From: Nannocystis bainbridge
GTDB lineage: Bacteria; Myxococcota_A; Polyangia; Nannocystales; Nannocystaceae
Assembly (NCBI RefSeq): GCF_028368995.1
Contig: NZ_JAQNDL010000002.1
Coordinates: forward strand, 417,724-481,723
DNA: 64,000 nucleotides
Direction: 5' to 3'
Shown: one piece after another, positions 48,515-57,092 of the stretch
How the letters are laid out: the number at the start of each line of letters is the position of its first letter
Numbering within the stretch: position 1 is the stretch's first letter
The notes under the pieces: generated by a model
The model's input: only the letters and a program-made list of their open reading frames with translations
Told to the model about the DNA's origin: nothing
Database searches by the model: none
Made by a program: the position numbers and the translations under genes

Positions 48515-51112
48515 ATGGCAGGAAAGGCATTTAGGCGGTCTTTCTCGCCTGGGGCTGTGGCACTCTTGGCGACGATGGACAGCCCCCTCACCCCACGCTC
48601 CGGGCCCAGGCCGACGTGGCCCATCTACAAGGAAGTCGGCGCCGATTTCATCGGCGAGCTGCTCGACGGGCGCTACAAGATCGTCCGGCGGCTGGCGAAG
48701 GGCGGCATGGCCCACGTGTTCCTGGCCAAGGATCTCACGCGCAAGTGCTACGTAGCGATCAAGCTCCTGCGCGCGTGCAGCCCGGAGGCGCACCGCCGGT
48801 TTGCGGTCGAGGCGGAGATCCTGAGCAACATTCGGCACGAGAACATCGTGCGCGCGATCGCGTTCGGTCACACGGCCGACGAACAGCCCTACATCGCGCT
48901 CGAGCACCTCGACGGCGAGACCTCGTCACAGCGCCTCGCTCTCGGCCCGCTCCCGTGGCGTGAAGTGGCCGAGATCGGCATTCAGATCGCCGACGCGTTG
49001 CACGCCTTGCATCGCGTCGGCGTGATCCACCGCGACGTCAAGCCCGACAACATCATCCTGACGAGAGATGCCGATCGCAGCGCGGCGAAGCTGATCGACC
49101 TCGGCCTGGCGAGCGTCGGGGTTCCGTTCCACGAGGCCCAGGACGCGCGCTTTACCCCGCCCGTGATCCGCCACAAGACCCAGCTCGGTCGGGCGATCGG
49201 CACTCCCGACTACCTGCCGCCGGAGGCGGGGCTCTGCGACGCAAATCCGCTCCTGGACGTGTACCTGCTCGGCGCCACGCTCTACCAGCTCTGCACACAG
49301 CTCCTGCCGAAGCTGGCGGGGCTCCGGCCGATCCACGAGGTGAACCCCAGCGGCGAGGCGCCAGAAGACCTTTCGCGACTTCTCTGCTCGGCGCTCGAGC
49401 CCGAGGTGAGTCATCGGCTACCGTCCGCCGATCACCTCCGCCGCGGACTCGAGGCGATCCTCGCCGCGCACCCGAAGACGCCGCGCCGAGAACACCTGTT
49501 CGGCGGAAGCTTCGACCGATTGGAGGTCCTCGGCGTCGGCGCGAGCGCGGTGGCTTTCCGCGCCTCCGATCGTTGGCTGTCACGCGAGGTCGCGCTCAAG
49601 GTGCTGCGCGACGCGAAGCCGAGCGAGGACGACGCGATTCGCTTTCACCGCGCGGCGAAGATCCTGTCCGCGCTGCGGCACCCGAACATCCCGCAGATCC
49701 ACCACTACGGGATCGAGGGCCGAGAGGCGTTCACGATCACGGAGCTGTGCCCCGGCTCGCCGGCGACGGACGTCGCGGGGCCCGACAAGCACCTGCGCCC
49801 CGACGAGGTAATCGCGGTCGGCCGCCAGCTAGCGAGCGCACTCATGGCCGTGCATGGGGTCGACGTCGTGTATCGCGACCTGCACCCGGGAAACGTCTTG
49901 ATAGCACGCGGAGAAAAGCCGCAGGCGTGGATCTTCGACTTCGACCACGCGCAGGTGTCACCCGCGTTCTACGCCCACCTGACGGAGCGGTGGGCGACGC
50001 CGCCGGAGGCGCGCGTGGAGCCCAAGAGCGAAAAGCCGCTCCGAAACATGGACTACGCGGCGCCGGAGGTTCGCAGCGGTGGGGCGTTCACCGTGGCGAG
50101 CGACGTGTTCGCGCTGGGCCTGTTGCTGTATCGCCTGCTCACGGGCTTGCGCCCGTTCCCGCCCGGCGGCAGCGAGCCCGTACCGGCGCGCAAGGTGTGT
50201 CCCGAGTGCCCGCCCGGCCTCGAGTCTTTGCTCATCGCCATGGTGAACCCGAGCCCGAGCGGCCGGCCCGCGCTGCGCGCCGTGGAGGAAGCGCTCGCGG
50301 CGGAAGAGGAGGAGCTTGAAGCCGTCAAGCGCGAGGAAGCCGAGGCCGAGCAGGAAGCCGCAGCGGCCGCGCCGATCGTCCCGATCGGGCCGACCGTTTC
50401 GAGCGCGACGCCGGAGAGCACACCCGTTGTGAGCGCTGCCGCGGTCGAAGGGCCAACACCTTCGCAAGCGGCCACCGCCGCTGCAGAAGCGCCGCCCGTC
50501 GACCTACCGATCGGCACGTCGGGCGTGACTCGCATCGCCCAGCGCGGCGGCATGTGGGGGCTCCTCGCGCTGATGTTTGCGATCGCGGTTGGCGTCGTCG
50601 TGGGACGCGTGACCGCACCGGGCGATGTGGCAGAGGCGGGGCTGGCGACGCCGCTGGCGATGCTGCCGCCCAGCACGGAAGAGAAGCCGCGCACTTCGAC
50701 CGGCGACGGGCCGGCCAAGCCAGCGACCGCCGAGGTCGCGCCGATGAAGTCGTCGCACGAGGGGACGTTGCCGAAACCAGCCCAGACGACCGACACGACC
50801 GGCAAGCGAACACCGCCGCAGCGCCGCACACAGCCGTCGCCGCGTGGCGCGGTGACGACGGCAGAAGCCACCACCGCAGCACAAGGCGCCCTGCAAGCGC
50901 TGCGCGTTTGCAAGGATGTTCCCGGCGCCATTACGGCCGACCTCGACGTCGTTCGGGGCAAGGGCGCCGTGGTCACGCTCAACGCCCGCGCGCCGGCTCC
51001 CGATGATCCGCGCTACCCCTGGCACGCCTGCGCCCGCGATGCACTCGAGCGTGTGCGCTTCCCGGTGAGCGAGATCGCCGGGCGCGTGCGTGTCCGCCTC
51101 CCGCTCGAGTGA
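48515..51112 (+). CDS. Tandem Ser/Thr protein kinase: two kinase domains (second degenerate/pseudokinase-like), TM helix and extracytoplasmic C-terminal domain
   Basis: Domain 1: YKIVRRLAKGGMAHVFLAKD...VAIKLL...HRDVKPDNIIL...DLGLA...GTPDYLPPE. Domain 2: FDRLEVLGVGASAVAFRASD...VALKVL...YRDLHPGNVLI...DFDHA (HRD->YRD, catalytic-loop Lys->His, DFG->DFD). Then Ala/Pro-rich linker, TM (MWGLLALMFAIAVGVVVG) and a C-terminal domain. Start could alternatively be the ATG at 48575 (MDSPLT). Confidence 0.85.
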   Translation: MAGKAFRRSFSPGAVALLATMDSPLTPRSGPRPTWPIYKEVGADFIGELLDGRYKIVRRLAKGGMAHVFLAKDLTRKCYVAIKLLRACSPEAHRRFAVEAEILSNIRHENIVRAIAFGHTADEQPYIALEHLDGETSSQRLALGPLPWREVAEIGIQIADALHALHRVGVIHRDVKPDNIILTRDADRSAAKLIDLGLASVGVPFHEAQDARFTPPVIRHKTQLGRAIGTPDYLPPEAGLCDANPLLDVYLLGATLYQLCTQLLPKLAGLRPIHEVNPSGEAPEDLSRLLCSALEPEVSHRLPSADHLRRGLEAILAAHPKTPRREHLFGGSFDRLEVLGVGASAVAFRASDRWLSREVALKVLRDAKPSEDDAIRFHRAAKILSALRHPNIPQIHHYGIEGREAFTITELCPGSPATDVAGPDKHLRPDEVIAVGRQLASALMAVHGVDVVYRDLHPGNVLIARGEKPQAWIFDFDHAQVSPAFYAHLTERWATPPEARVEPKSEKPLRNMDYAAPEVRSGGAFTVASDVFALGLLLYRLLTGLRPFPPGGSEPVPARKVCPECPPGLESLLIAMVNPSPSGRPALRAVEEALAAEEEELEAVKREEAEAEQEAAAAAPIVPIGPTVSSATPESTPVVSAAAVEGPTPSQAATAAAEAPPVDLPIGTSGVTRIAQRGGMWGLLALMFAIAVGVVVGRVTAPGDVAEAGLATPLAMLPPSTEEKPRTSTGDGPAKPATAEVAPMKSSHEGTLPKPAQTTDTTGKRTPPQRRTQPSPRGAVTTAEATTAAQGALQALRVCKDVPGAITADLDVVRGKGAVVTLNARAPAPDDPRYPWHACARDALERVRFPVSEIAGRVRVRLPLE

Positions 51113-51140
51113 GCGCCCAGGACGTTGTCTTGACGTAGCG
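51089..51140. repeat. Copy A of a ~52-bp direct repeat covering the last 8 codons and stop of the kinase gene (copy B at 52350..52401). 26-bp perfect core GCGTGTCCGCCTCCCGCTCGAGTGAG
   Basis: Direct comparison: 26/26 identical, then ~65% identity for a further ~26 bp. Confidence 0.8.
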
Positions 51141-51192
51141 GTCGCAGGCGCCGCAGAGGAAGAGGTCTTGGGGTAGAGCGCCGAGTGTTAGC

Positions 51193-51681
51193 CTACTTGA
51201 GCGTGCATTCCTTCAACATCACATTGCCGAACTTGCCGTCGCAGCGGCAGGCCACGGTAACGTCTTGTCCCTTCGAGAGATTGGCCAATTTGGGCAAGGA
51301 CGCATCGTCGAAAAAGGCCTGAACACCCAAGATGTCAAACTTCCCGCCGGTCGACAGGGCCACGTACGGGGTGTCGAGAAGGTCCTTCCCGACGTTGTCG
51401 ACCTTCCCGCTCACTTCCAGGAGCTTGTCCTTGAAACGGTTGTCGGCCGCGATTTCGTTCTTTTCGTACGCCTCGAACAGTTCGCGAGCTGTGACGCGCG
51501 CATCGATCTGCGGCGCTTTAGGAGGCTCAGGGGCTGAAGAAGGTCTTGCGGCGGACGCTGCGGACGTCGAAGTCGTCGGCGAGGTGTTCTTGTCCCTGCT
51601 GATGATCGAAATTACGAACAGCGCGCCGACGCCAACGAGAAGGTAGAAGCCGATGCCGCGCTTCTTTTCTTGATTTGCCAT
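51193..51681 (-). CDS. Membrane-anchored OB-fold (tRNA_anti-like family) protein. Low-GC gene
   Basis: N-terminal TM (IGFYLLVGVGALFVISIIS). C-terminal TARELFEAYEKNEIAADNRFKDKLLEVSGKVDNVGKD...YVAL pattern of the tRNA_anti-like OB-fold lipoprotein family. Confidence 0.7.
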   Translation of the reverse strand: MANQEKKRGIGFYLLVGVGALFVISIISRDKNTSPTTSTSAASAARPSSAPEPPKAPQIDARVTARELFEAYEKNEIAADNRFKDKLLEVSGKVDNVGKDLLDTPYVALSTGGKFDILGVQAFFDDASLPKLANLSKGQDVTVACRCDGKFGNVMLKECTLK

Positions 51682-51972
51682 GTCACGCCACTAACACGGC
51701 TGCCAGTAATGCCGCCACCATCTCGTGCATTACGCCGTTCTCGGGCGCCGATGCTTCAATGAACGCCGTTGGCCGAAGGCGCACTGAGGCGGGGCCGACG
51801 TGGCCGGCGACGCTGGCGGTGTTGCTCGGCACGCAGATGTTGCTGGCGCGCAGGCTTTGCGTGCGTGGCTGTTTCTCAGCTCGGCCTCGCGGCTCGCCGT
51901 GTTCCGACGCCCACTTGCGGGCTCACGGATCCAGCCTTACGGTCGCGGCTCAACCCGGCGAAAGGACACAAC

Positions 51973-52143
51973 ATGAGCAAAGGCGGCGGCAGCAAGGGCG
52001 GTGGCGGTAGCGGGACCAAGGGCGGTGGCGGTAGCGGGACCAAGGGCGGTGGCGGTAGCGGGACCAAGGGCGGCGGCAATTGGCCGAGCACCACGGGGAA
52101 CCCCTCGGGTGGGGGCAGAGGCAACAACCCTCCATCAAAGTAG
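51973..52143 (+). CDS. Gly-rich small repeat protein (56 aa; 3x GGGGSGTKG)
   Basis: ATG preceded by AAAGGA. Encoded by three perfect 27-bp tandem repeats (ggcggtggcggtagcgggaccaagggc). Could be non-coding repeat DNA. Confidence 0.3.
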   Translation: MSKGGGSKGGGGSGTKGGGGSGTKGGGGSGTKGGGNWPSTTGNPSGGGRGNNPPSK

Positions 52144-52349
52144 CAGGCGCAGCCACCAGGAGAGCGAGGTCTTCCGCGGAAGGCCCCGCTCTTTTGTTTG
52201 GCGCCGAGTACTGCTCGCCGCGTCAGGTGTTGCTCGGCGCGAGCACGGGGTCGGCGGGGCGAGTTTGTCCTGGACGTTGGGGCGAAGCTGTTACTCGACG
52301 TGCAGCGACACGGAGCTGTTGCTCAGCGCGACGGGGCAGAGTTTTTTGG

Positions 52350-52401
52350 CGTGTCCGCCTCCCGCTCGAGTGAGTGCTCAAGAGCGCGTCTTGACTTGGC
52401 C
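52350..52401. repeat. Copy B of the kinase-3'-end direct repeat, fused at its right side to an IS5-family transposase fragment (52380..52480)
   Basis: See copy A. Downstream sequence WQQIAAALELSTGELGREPSHRPPRAKS (minus strand) matches the transposase fragment at 53876..54100. Confidence 0.75.
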
Positions 52402-52541
52402 CGCGGCGGCCGGTGACTCGGCTCGCGCCCTAGCTCGCCCGTCGAGAGCTCCAGGGCCGCCGCGATCTGCTGCCACGACGCGGTCCGCTGGGTCCTACAC
52501 ACCGGACGATCCGATCCGTGGCCGTAAGGCGAGGGTCGCGG

Positions 52542-53612
52542 TCAGGCTGGCGCGCGCGGTAGATCAACCGTGAACACGCACCCCGTGCCGGGCACGTCGC
52601 GCACATGGATTGCGCCGCCGCATGCCTGAACGCCCTTCAGACTGATAGCGAGTCCGAGCCCCAGCCCGGCCTTGTTGGCGGATCGCTTTTCGAACGGTCG
52701 GAACATGTCCTCGACGGCCCCCGGCGGCAGTCCGCCGCACTCGTCCTGGACGTCGATCAGCACCCGTTCGTCCGTCGCACGGGCGCAGACCGTGATGTGA
52801 CCGTGGGGGCGGGTGAACTTGAACGCGTTCTGAACCAGGTTAGCGACGACAGAAGCGAGGATCTGGTGGTCGGCCTCGACCACGACGTCGCATGCGCCGG
52901 GATCGACCGAGAGCTTGATGTCGTGTTCCTTGGCCTCGATCGTGGCGACGACCTCGATCTCCTCGATCAATTCTGCGACGCGCACGCGCTCCGTCGTCCC
53001 GATTCCGGCACCAAGGCGAACCTCGGCGAGCGTGCGATCGATGAGATTTCGCATTCGTCGCAGGCTGCGTCCGAGCAAGGTGCCGGTGCTCCCCTGGATC
53101 CCGACGCGGCCGTGCATGAGAGCTTCGAACGTCAGCATCGCGGTGGTGAGCAGGTTGCGCATCTCGTGCGCCAGGAATCCAAGGTGCTCCACACTGGGAC
53201 CGCTGGTCGAGTCGCGCTGGTGCTCGTACTCGGTCACGGCCTGCGCGATGGCGTCGTCGAGGCAGCGGTTGAACGTCTGGAACTCTTCGGCGGTGATGGC
53301 GACACCACGCTCATCCGCCAACTCCGTGACGCTCTGGCAGATGCTGCCATAGTCGTGGACGACTTGGCCGACGGTCAGTCCCATTTGTAGCAGTTCCCGC
53401 CCATGGACGGCCGCGCTGGCGATGACGTCGTGGTGACCCGCCGCGCGCTCGCCCTTCTCGGTGCGCAAGATCGTGACGAGTTGGTCCAGGAAAAAGGGCA
53501 GTCCGTTCCCCATCTCGGCCATCGTGGGAATCGGAACTGAGCGCGCGGCGATCTTCAAGCACGAGCGCTCGAGGATCTCCTCTCGGTGGGTGACGATGAA
53601 CTCGTGCAGCAT
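52542..53612 (-). CDS. Cytoplasmic sensor histidine kinase (no TM; orphan, no adjacent response regulator)
   Basis: H-box HLGFLAHEMRNLLTTA. HATPase_c N/G boxes (VANLVQNAFKFT, DECGGLPPG, GLGLGLAI). The ORF's first codon is TTG at 53633; ATG at 53612 chosen. Confidence 0.85.
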   Translation of the reverse strand: MLHEFIVTHREEILERSCLKIAARSVPIPTMAEMGNGLPFFLDQLVTILRTEKGERAAGHHDVIASAAVHGRELLQMGLTVGQVVHDYGSICQSVTELADERGVAITAEEFQTFNRCLDDAIAQAVTEYEHQRDSTSGPSVEHLGFLAHEMRNLLTTAMLTFEALMHGRVGIQGSTGTLLGRSLRRMRNLIDRTLAEVRLGAGIGTTERVRVAELIEEIEVVATIEAKEHDIKLSVDPGACDVVVEADHQILASVVANLVQNAFKFTRPHGHITVCARATDERVLIDVQDECGGLPPGAVEDMFRPFEKRSANKAGLGLGLAISLKGVQACGGAIHVRDVPGTGCVFTVDLPRAPA

Positions 53613-53875
53613 ATTTTGGGAGTATTGCCCCAAGCATTCGGTGCCTGGGTGTTCCGAAGCTTTCTGTGGCCGCCGCGTGCGTTTGTTTTGCGCTTGTCCG
53701 GCGCGGCCCTATGCGGCTTTGCCGCGGCACCGAGCGGCCGCCCGCCCAGATTGCCTTCGTCCTGGACGCGCGACGGTGGCGTGCACGACGCTCGTGCACG
53801 GCCCTCCGGGGCCGCGCCCCCCCCCGACACGTAGTCACAGGAGCGCGGCGGATACACGAACGGCTAGACCGGGGC

Positions 53876-54100
53876 TGCCGCCTCGACCGCCGTGACGTCG
53901 ATCGGCGTCGCGTTGCGGTGCGACTTGGCCCGCGGGGGCCGGTGGCCCGGCTCGCGCCCGATCTCGGCCGGCGGGAGATCCAGGGCCGCGGCGATCTGCT
54001 GCCACGTGCCATCGCTGCACCAGCGCTCATACCAGCGCCAGCACGTGGTCGAGGCGCCATACTCCGCGGGGATCTCGCTCCACTTCGCGCCGGTGTGCAG
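53876..54100 (-). mobile_element. IS5/IS1182-family transposase N-terminal fragment (DUF4096-like). Second shorter copy at 52380..52480
   Basis: VLHTGAKWSEIPAEYGASTTCWRWYERWCSDGTWQQIAAALDLPPAEIGREPGHRPPRAKS matches the conserved N-terminal domain of IS5-group transposases. No DDE domain follows. ~85-bp nucleotide repeat between the two copies. Confidence 0.6.
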
Positions 54101-54103
54101 GAC

Positions 54104-55469
54104 TCAGCGGACCGCGTCCACCGTGCGGCGGAGGTCGATCCGGGGGCCGCCGCAGCGGCCGCGCGTGCTCTCGACCATCGCCTCGATCGCCTTCCACTGC
54201 GCGTCGCGCATCGGCTCGAACGGCGCCGGCGGGAGCGCGACGATCGGCTGCACCGCCTCCACGATCCGGTCCGTGGCCGTCTCGAGCGCCTGACGGAGGT
54301 AGTCATCCGCGAGGTGCGTGTAGCGCTTCGTGGTTCGCTCCTGCTTGTGGCCCAGCAACTTGCCGACCGTGCTGAGCGATGCGCCGCTCATGATCGCGTC
54401 GCTGGCGAAGGAGTGCCGGAGGTCGTGCAGCCGGACATCGGGGATCCCGGCGGCGGCGCGGATGTTCTCCCACGTGCGATTGATGCCCCGGAGGCGCTTG
54501 CCGTTCGGGGTACGCAGCACGTACCCCGTGCTCGGGTTGCCCGCCTGGTCGTGAATGTGCTTCAGGAGCGCGAGCACGCGGGCAGACACGGGCACCTTGA
54601 GCTGTCCCGTCTTGGTGTCGGGGATGTTCAGGAGCGAGTGTTGGAAGTCGACCATGGCCCACGTGAGCGTCAGGATCTCGTCGCGACGTCGGCCAGTGAG
54701 CGCGAGCAGGTCGATCGCCCAGACGCTCACGAGCTTGACGTGCCCCTTGCGTCCGGCGGGGATCTTGAGCCCGACGAGGATCACCGCGTGCACGCGCTGG
54801 CGCTCCTCGGGGGTCAGGAAGCGCTCGCGCTCCGGAATGGCGAAGCGCTTGACCTTGTGCGCCGGGTTCCGCAGCTCGGCGAGCTCCCAGTCTTCGATGA
54901 TGCGCGTGTAGAGACTACCGATCACGCACAGGACGTAGTTCGCGACGGAAGGGCCCCGCACTTTCTTGAGCTTGGCGTGCAGCGCCGCGATCTCGGCCTT
55001 CTTCACGGTGCGGAAGTCGCGATCTCCGATCGTCGGCAGGATCACCGTCTCGAGGTGTTCCTTGTAGTTCACCGCTGAACCAGGCTTAAGGTGCACGTCG
55101 ACGTAGTCACGGATGAAGCGCTCCACCAGCTCGCGGACCGTCGTGATCTGGGATGGCCGCGATTCCGGCTGTTCCAGTCGAGCGGCCTTGTCCGCGGCTT
55201 GCTGGCCGGATTGTTCATCGGCGCTCGCGCTGACGGCCGCGTTAGTGAGCAGGACAGCGGCACGCCGCCGCGCCTCGTCAATGGACAGTGCGGACCCGAG
55301 CAGTCCGATCTTTCTCCCGGTGGTCCTTGCCGTCCAAGCGGTATCGAACCAGCGCGACTTTCTTCCCCGTAGGCAGAACCCGCAAGATGAAGCCCGGGAG
55401 CGCTTCGCAGGTGACTTCGTACATCGTCGCGCGAGGCTTGCACTCGCGCACGAACGCAGCAGTGATCAT
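54104..55469 (-). pseudogene. int: P4-type tyrosine integrase, frameshifted (N-terminal arm-binding domain in one frame, core-binding and catalytic domains in another)
   Basis: N-terminal YEVTCEALPGFILRVLPTGKKVALVRYRLDGK (P4-integrase N-terminal domain) in frame A stops at 55278. Frame B continues with TTGRKIGLLGSALSIDEARRRAA...RELVERFIRDYVD...HDLRHSFAS...LGHKQERTTKRYTHL (catalytic R..HxxR..Y). A 1-nt shift near 55300 is required to join them. No tRNA gene found adjacent. Confidence 0.75.
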
Positions 55470-55748
55470 GAACCCCTACCTTCCTACCCCTAGTTTTCGA
55501 GACAAATTCGAGCCAAGCTAGAGCGACTTAAGACCTGTCCGAAAGTGCACAATGTCCTGTGCACGGCCGCGAAGGGCGGTTTCAGGACAAGCGTATCACA
55601 TTGGTGATGTGATAGGTGCGATGATTCCACCGCGGGCGTGACGAGGCCCAGCGGGAGAGCCTGTCCCGAAGGACACGTATTCCGATGAGACCCGCGGCAC
55701 ACCGTGCCGGCACTATCCATCGATCTGTCCCGAAGGACAGCCTACGTC

Positions 55749-57092
55749 TCACGCCAGCAGCTCGGGGATCGTCTGGCTGACGAGGCCTTCGTCGGCGCCG
55801 AACGAGGGGTCGGGGCTGCCGAACAGCTTGAGCAGGGTGAACGGGACCTTGCTGGCGTTGTCGCCGGCGGCGCGGTGGTGGATGTCGCCGCGCAGCAGGC
55901 CGCCGGCCTTGCCGACGACCAGCAGCGGGAAGTCGTCCATGCGGTGGTCCCACGGCTGGCCGACGCACGAGGTGGTGTAGACGGCGGTGTTGTCGAGCAG
56001 GTTGCCGGTGGCGTCGGGGGTGTCGCGGAGGCGCTTCAGCAGCTCGGCGAGGCCGGACATGGCGTAGGCGACGCCGGTGTGGAAGCCGCCGGTGGCGTAG
56101 TCGATGCCCATGGGGCTGAGGCGGTGGCCGAAGTCCTCGTGGAAGGTGACGCTGCCGAGGCCGGCCTCGGTGTAGGGGGCGTGGCAGGCGGCGCACGAGA
56201 ACACGAAGGAGGCCACGCGGGTCAGCTCGCACGAGAAGGCGAAGGCGAGCAGGTCGGCGAAGGCGCGGCAGCGGTCGAGGGAGATCGAGCCGTCCTCGCC
56301 GCGATCGGGGTAGGCGACGTCGGGGTCGATCGGGGTGCCGCAGTCGGCGGAGGTGATGGTGGCGTCGATCTGGGTCTGCAGCTCGGCGATGCCGTCGAGG
56401 TGGCGGTCGAGGCGGAGCCGGTCCTCGGCGCCGAGTTGGTGCTGCAGCGCCCGGGTCTCCTCGGCGACGGCGTCGAGCAGGCTCTTGCGGCGGAACAGCG
56501 AAGGGTCGGGCTCCTGGGCGCCGGAGAGCGAGAGCAGGGTGGCGAACAGGTGGGCGGGGCTGTAGTTGGGCGGGTTGGGGGCGTTGGGGCCGTTGAAGGA
56601 GATGTTGAAGTCGAGCGCGCCGGCGCCGGTGACGTTGCTGATGCCGACGTGGAGGCCGCTGGGGAAGGCGGTGTCCTTGTTGATCAGGGCGGCGATCCGC
56701 TGGTCGATCGAGGGCGCGGTGACGTCGCCGTTCATGGCCGCCTGGGCGCCGGTGAGCACGGCGGCAGGGGCGGACTTGTGGGCGTAGAGCGCGGGGATCT
56801 TGACGTCGTAGCCGGACAGCACCGACAGCCACGGCTTGAACTCGGCGAGCGGCATGAGCGAGGGGCTGAGGCTCCACGCGGCGCCCTGGCCGACAGCGGC
56901 CGGGACCCATTGGGTCGGGTCGGCGCCGTTGCCGAAGAACCAGGTCAGGTAGCGCGGCAGCAGCGGGGTGGCGTCGGCGTAAGCGGTGCCGTTGCCGTCG
57001 AGCATGGCGGCGAGGCGGGGCAGCGGCACGGCCACGGCGACGCCGGCGAGCATGCCCCGGAGGACGGTGCGGCGCGGGATGGGGCGGCTCAT
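55749..57092 (-). CDS. DUF1552-domain protein with Tat-type signal (RRTVLRGMLAGVAVAV)
   Basis: Tat motif. Family-typical length (447 aa). Translationally coupled (ATGA overlap) to the upstream DUF1588/DUF1592-type gene. This pairing is the conserved DUF1552/DUF1588 two-gene module. Confidence 0.8.
   Translation of the reverse strand: MSRPIPRRTVLRGMLAGVAVAVPLPRLAAMLDGNGTAYADATPLLPRYLTWFFGNGADPTQWVPAAVGQGAAWSLSPSLMPLAEFKPWLSVLSGYDVKIPALYAHKSAPAAVLTGAQAAMNGDVTAPSIDQRIAALINKDTAFPSGLHVGISNVTGAGALDFNISFNGPNAPNPPNYSPAHLFATLLSLSGAQEPDPSLFRRKSLLDAVAEETRALQHQLGAEDRLRLDRHLDGIAELQTQIDATITSADCGTPIDPDVAYPDRGEDGSISLDRCRAFADLLAFAFSCELTRVASFVFSCAACHAPYTEAGLGSVTFHEDFGHRLSPMGIDYATGGFHTGVAYAMSGLAELLKRLRDTPDATGNLLDNTAVYTTSCVGQPWDHRMDDFPLLVVGKAGGLLRGDIHHRAAGDNASKVPFTLLKLFGSPDPSFGADEGLVSQTIPELLA

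Noticed and set aside
55470-55750. Expected a tRNA gene (attachment site) next to the P4-type integrase
   Set aside because: No acceptor-stem / T-loop (GGTTCGAnTCC) pattern found by eye in the 280 bp beyond the integrase start, nor near the 51.1-kb boundary. The element appears to have targeted the kinase gene's 3' end instead. A tRNAscan run would be decisive.
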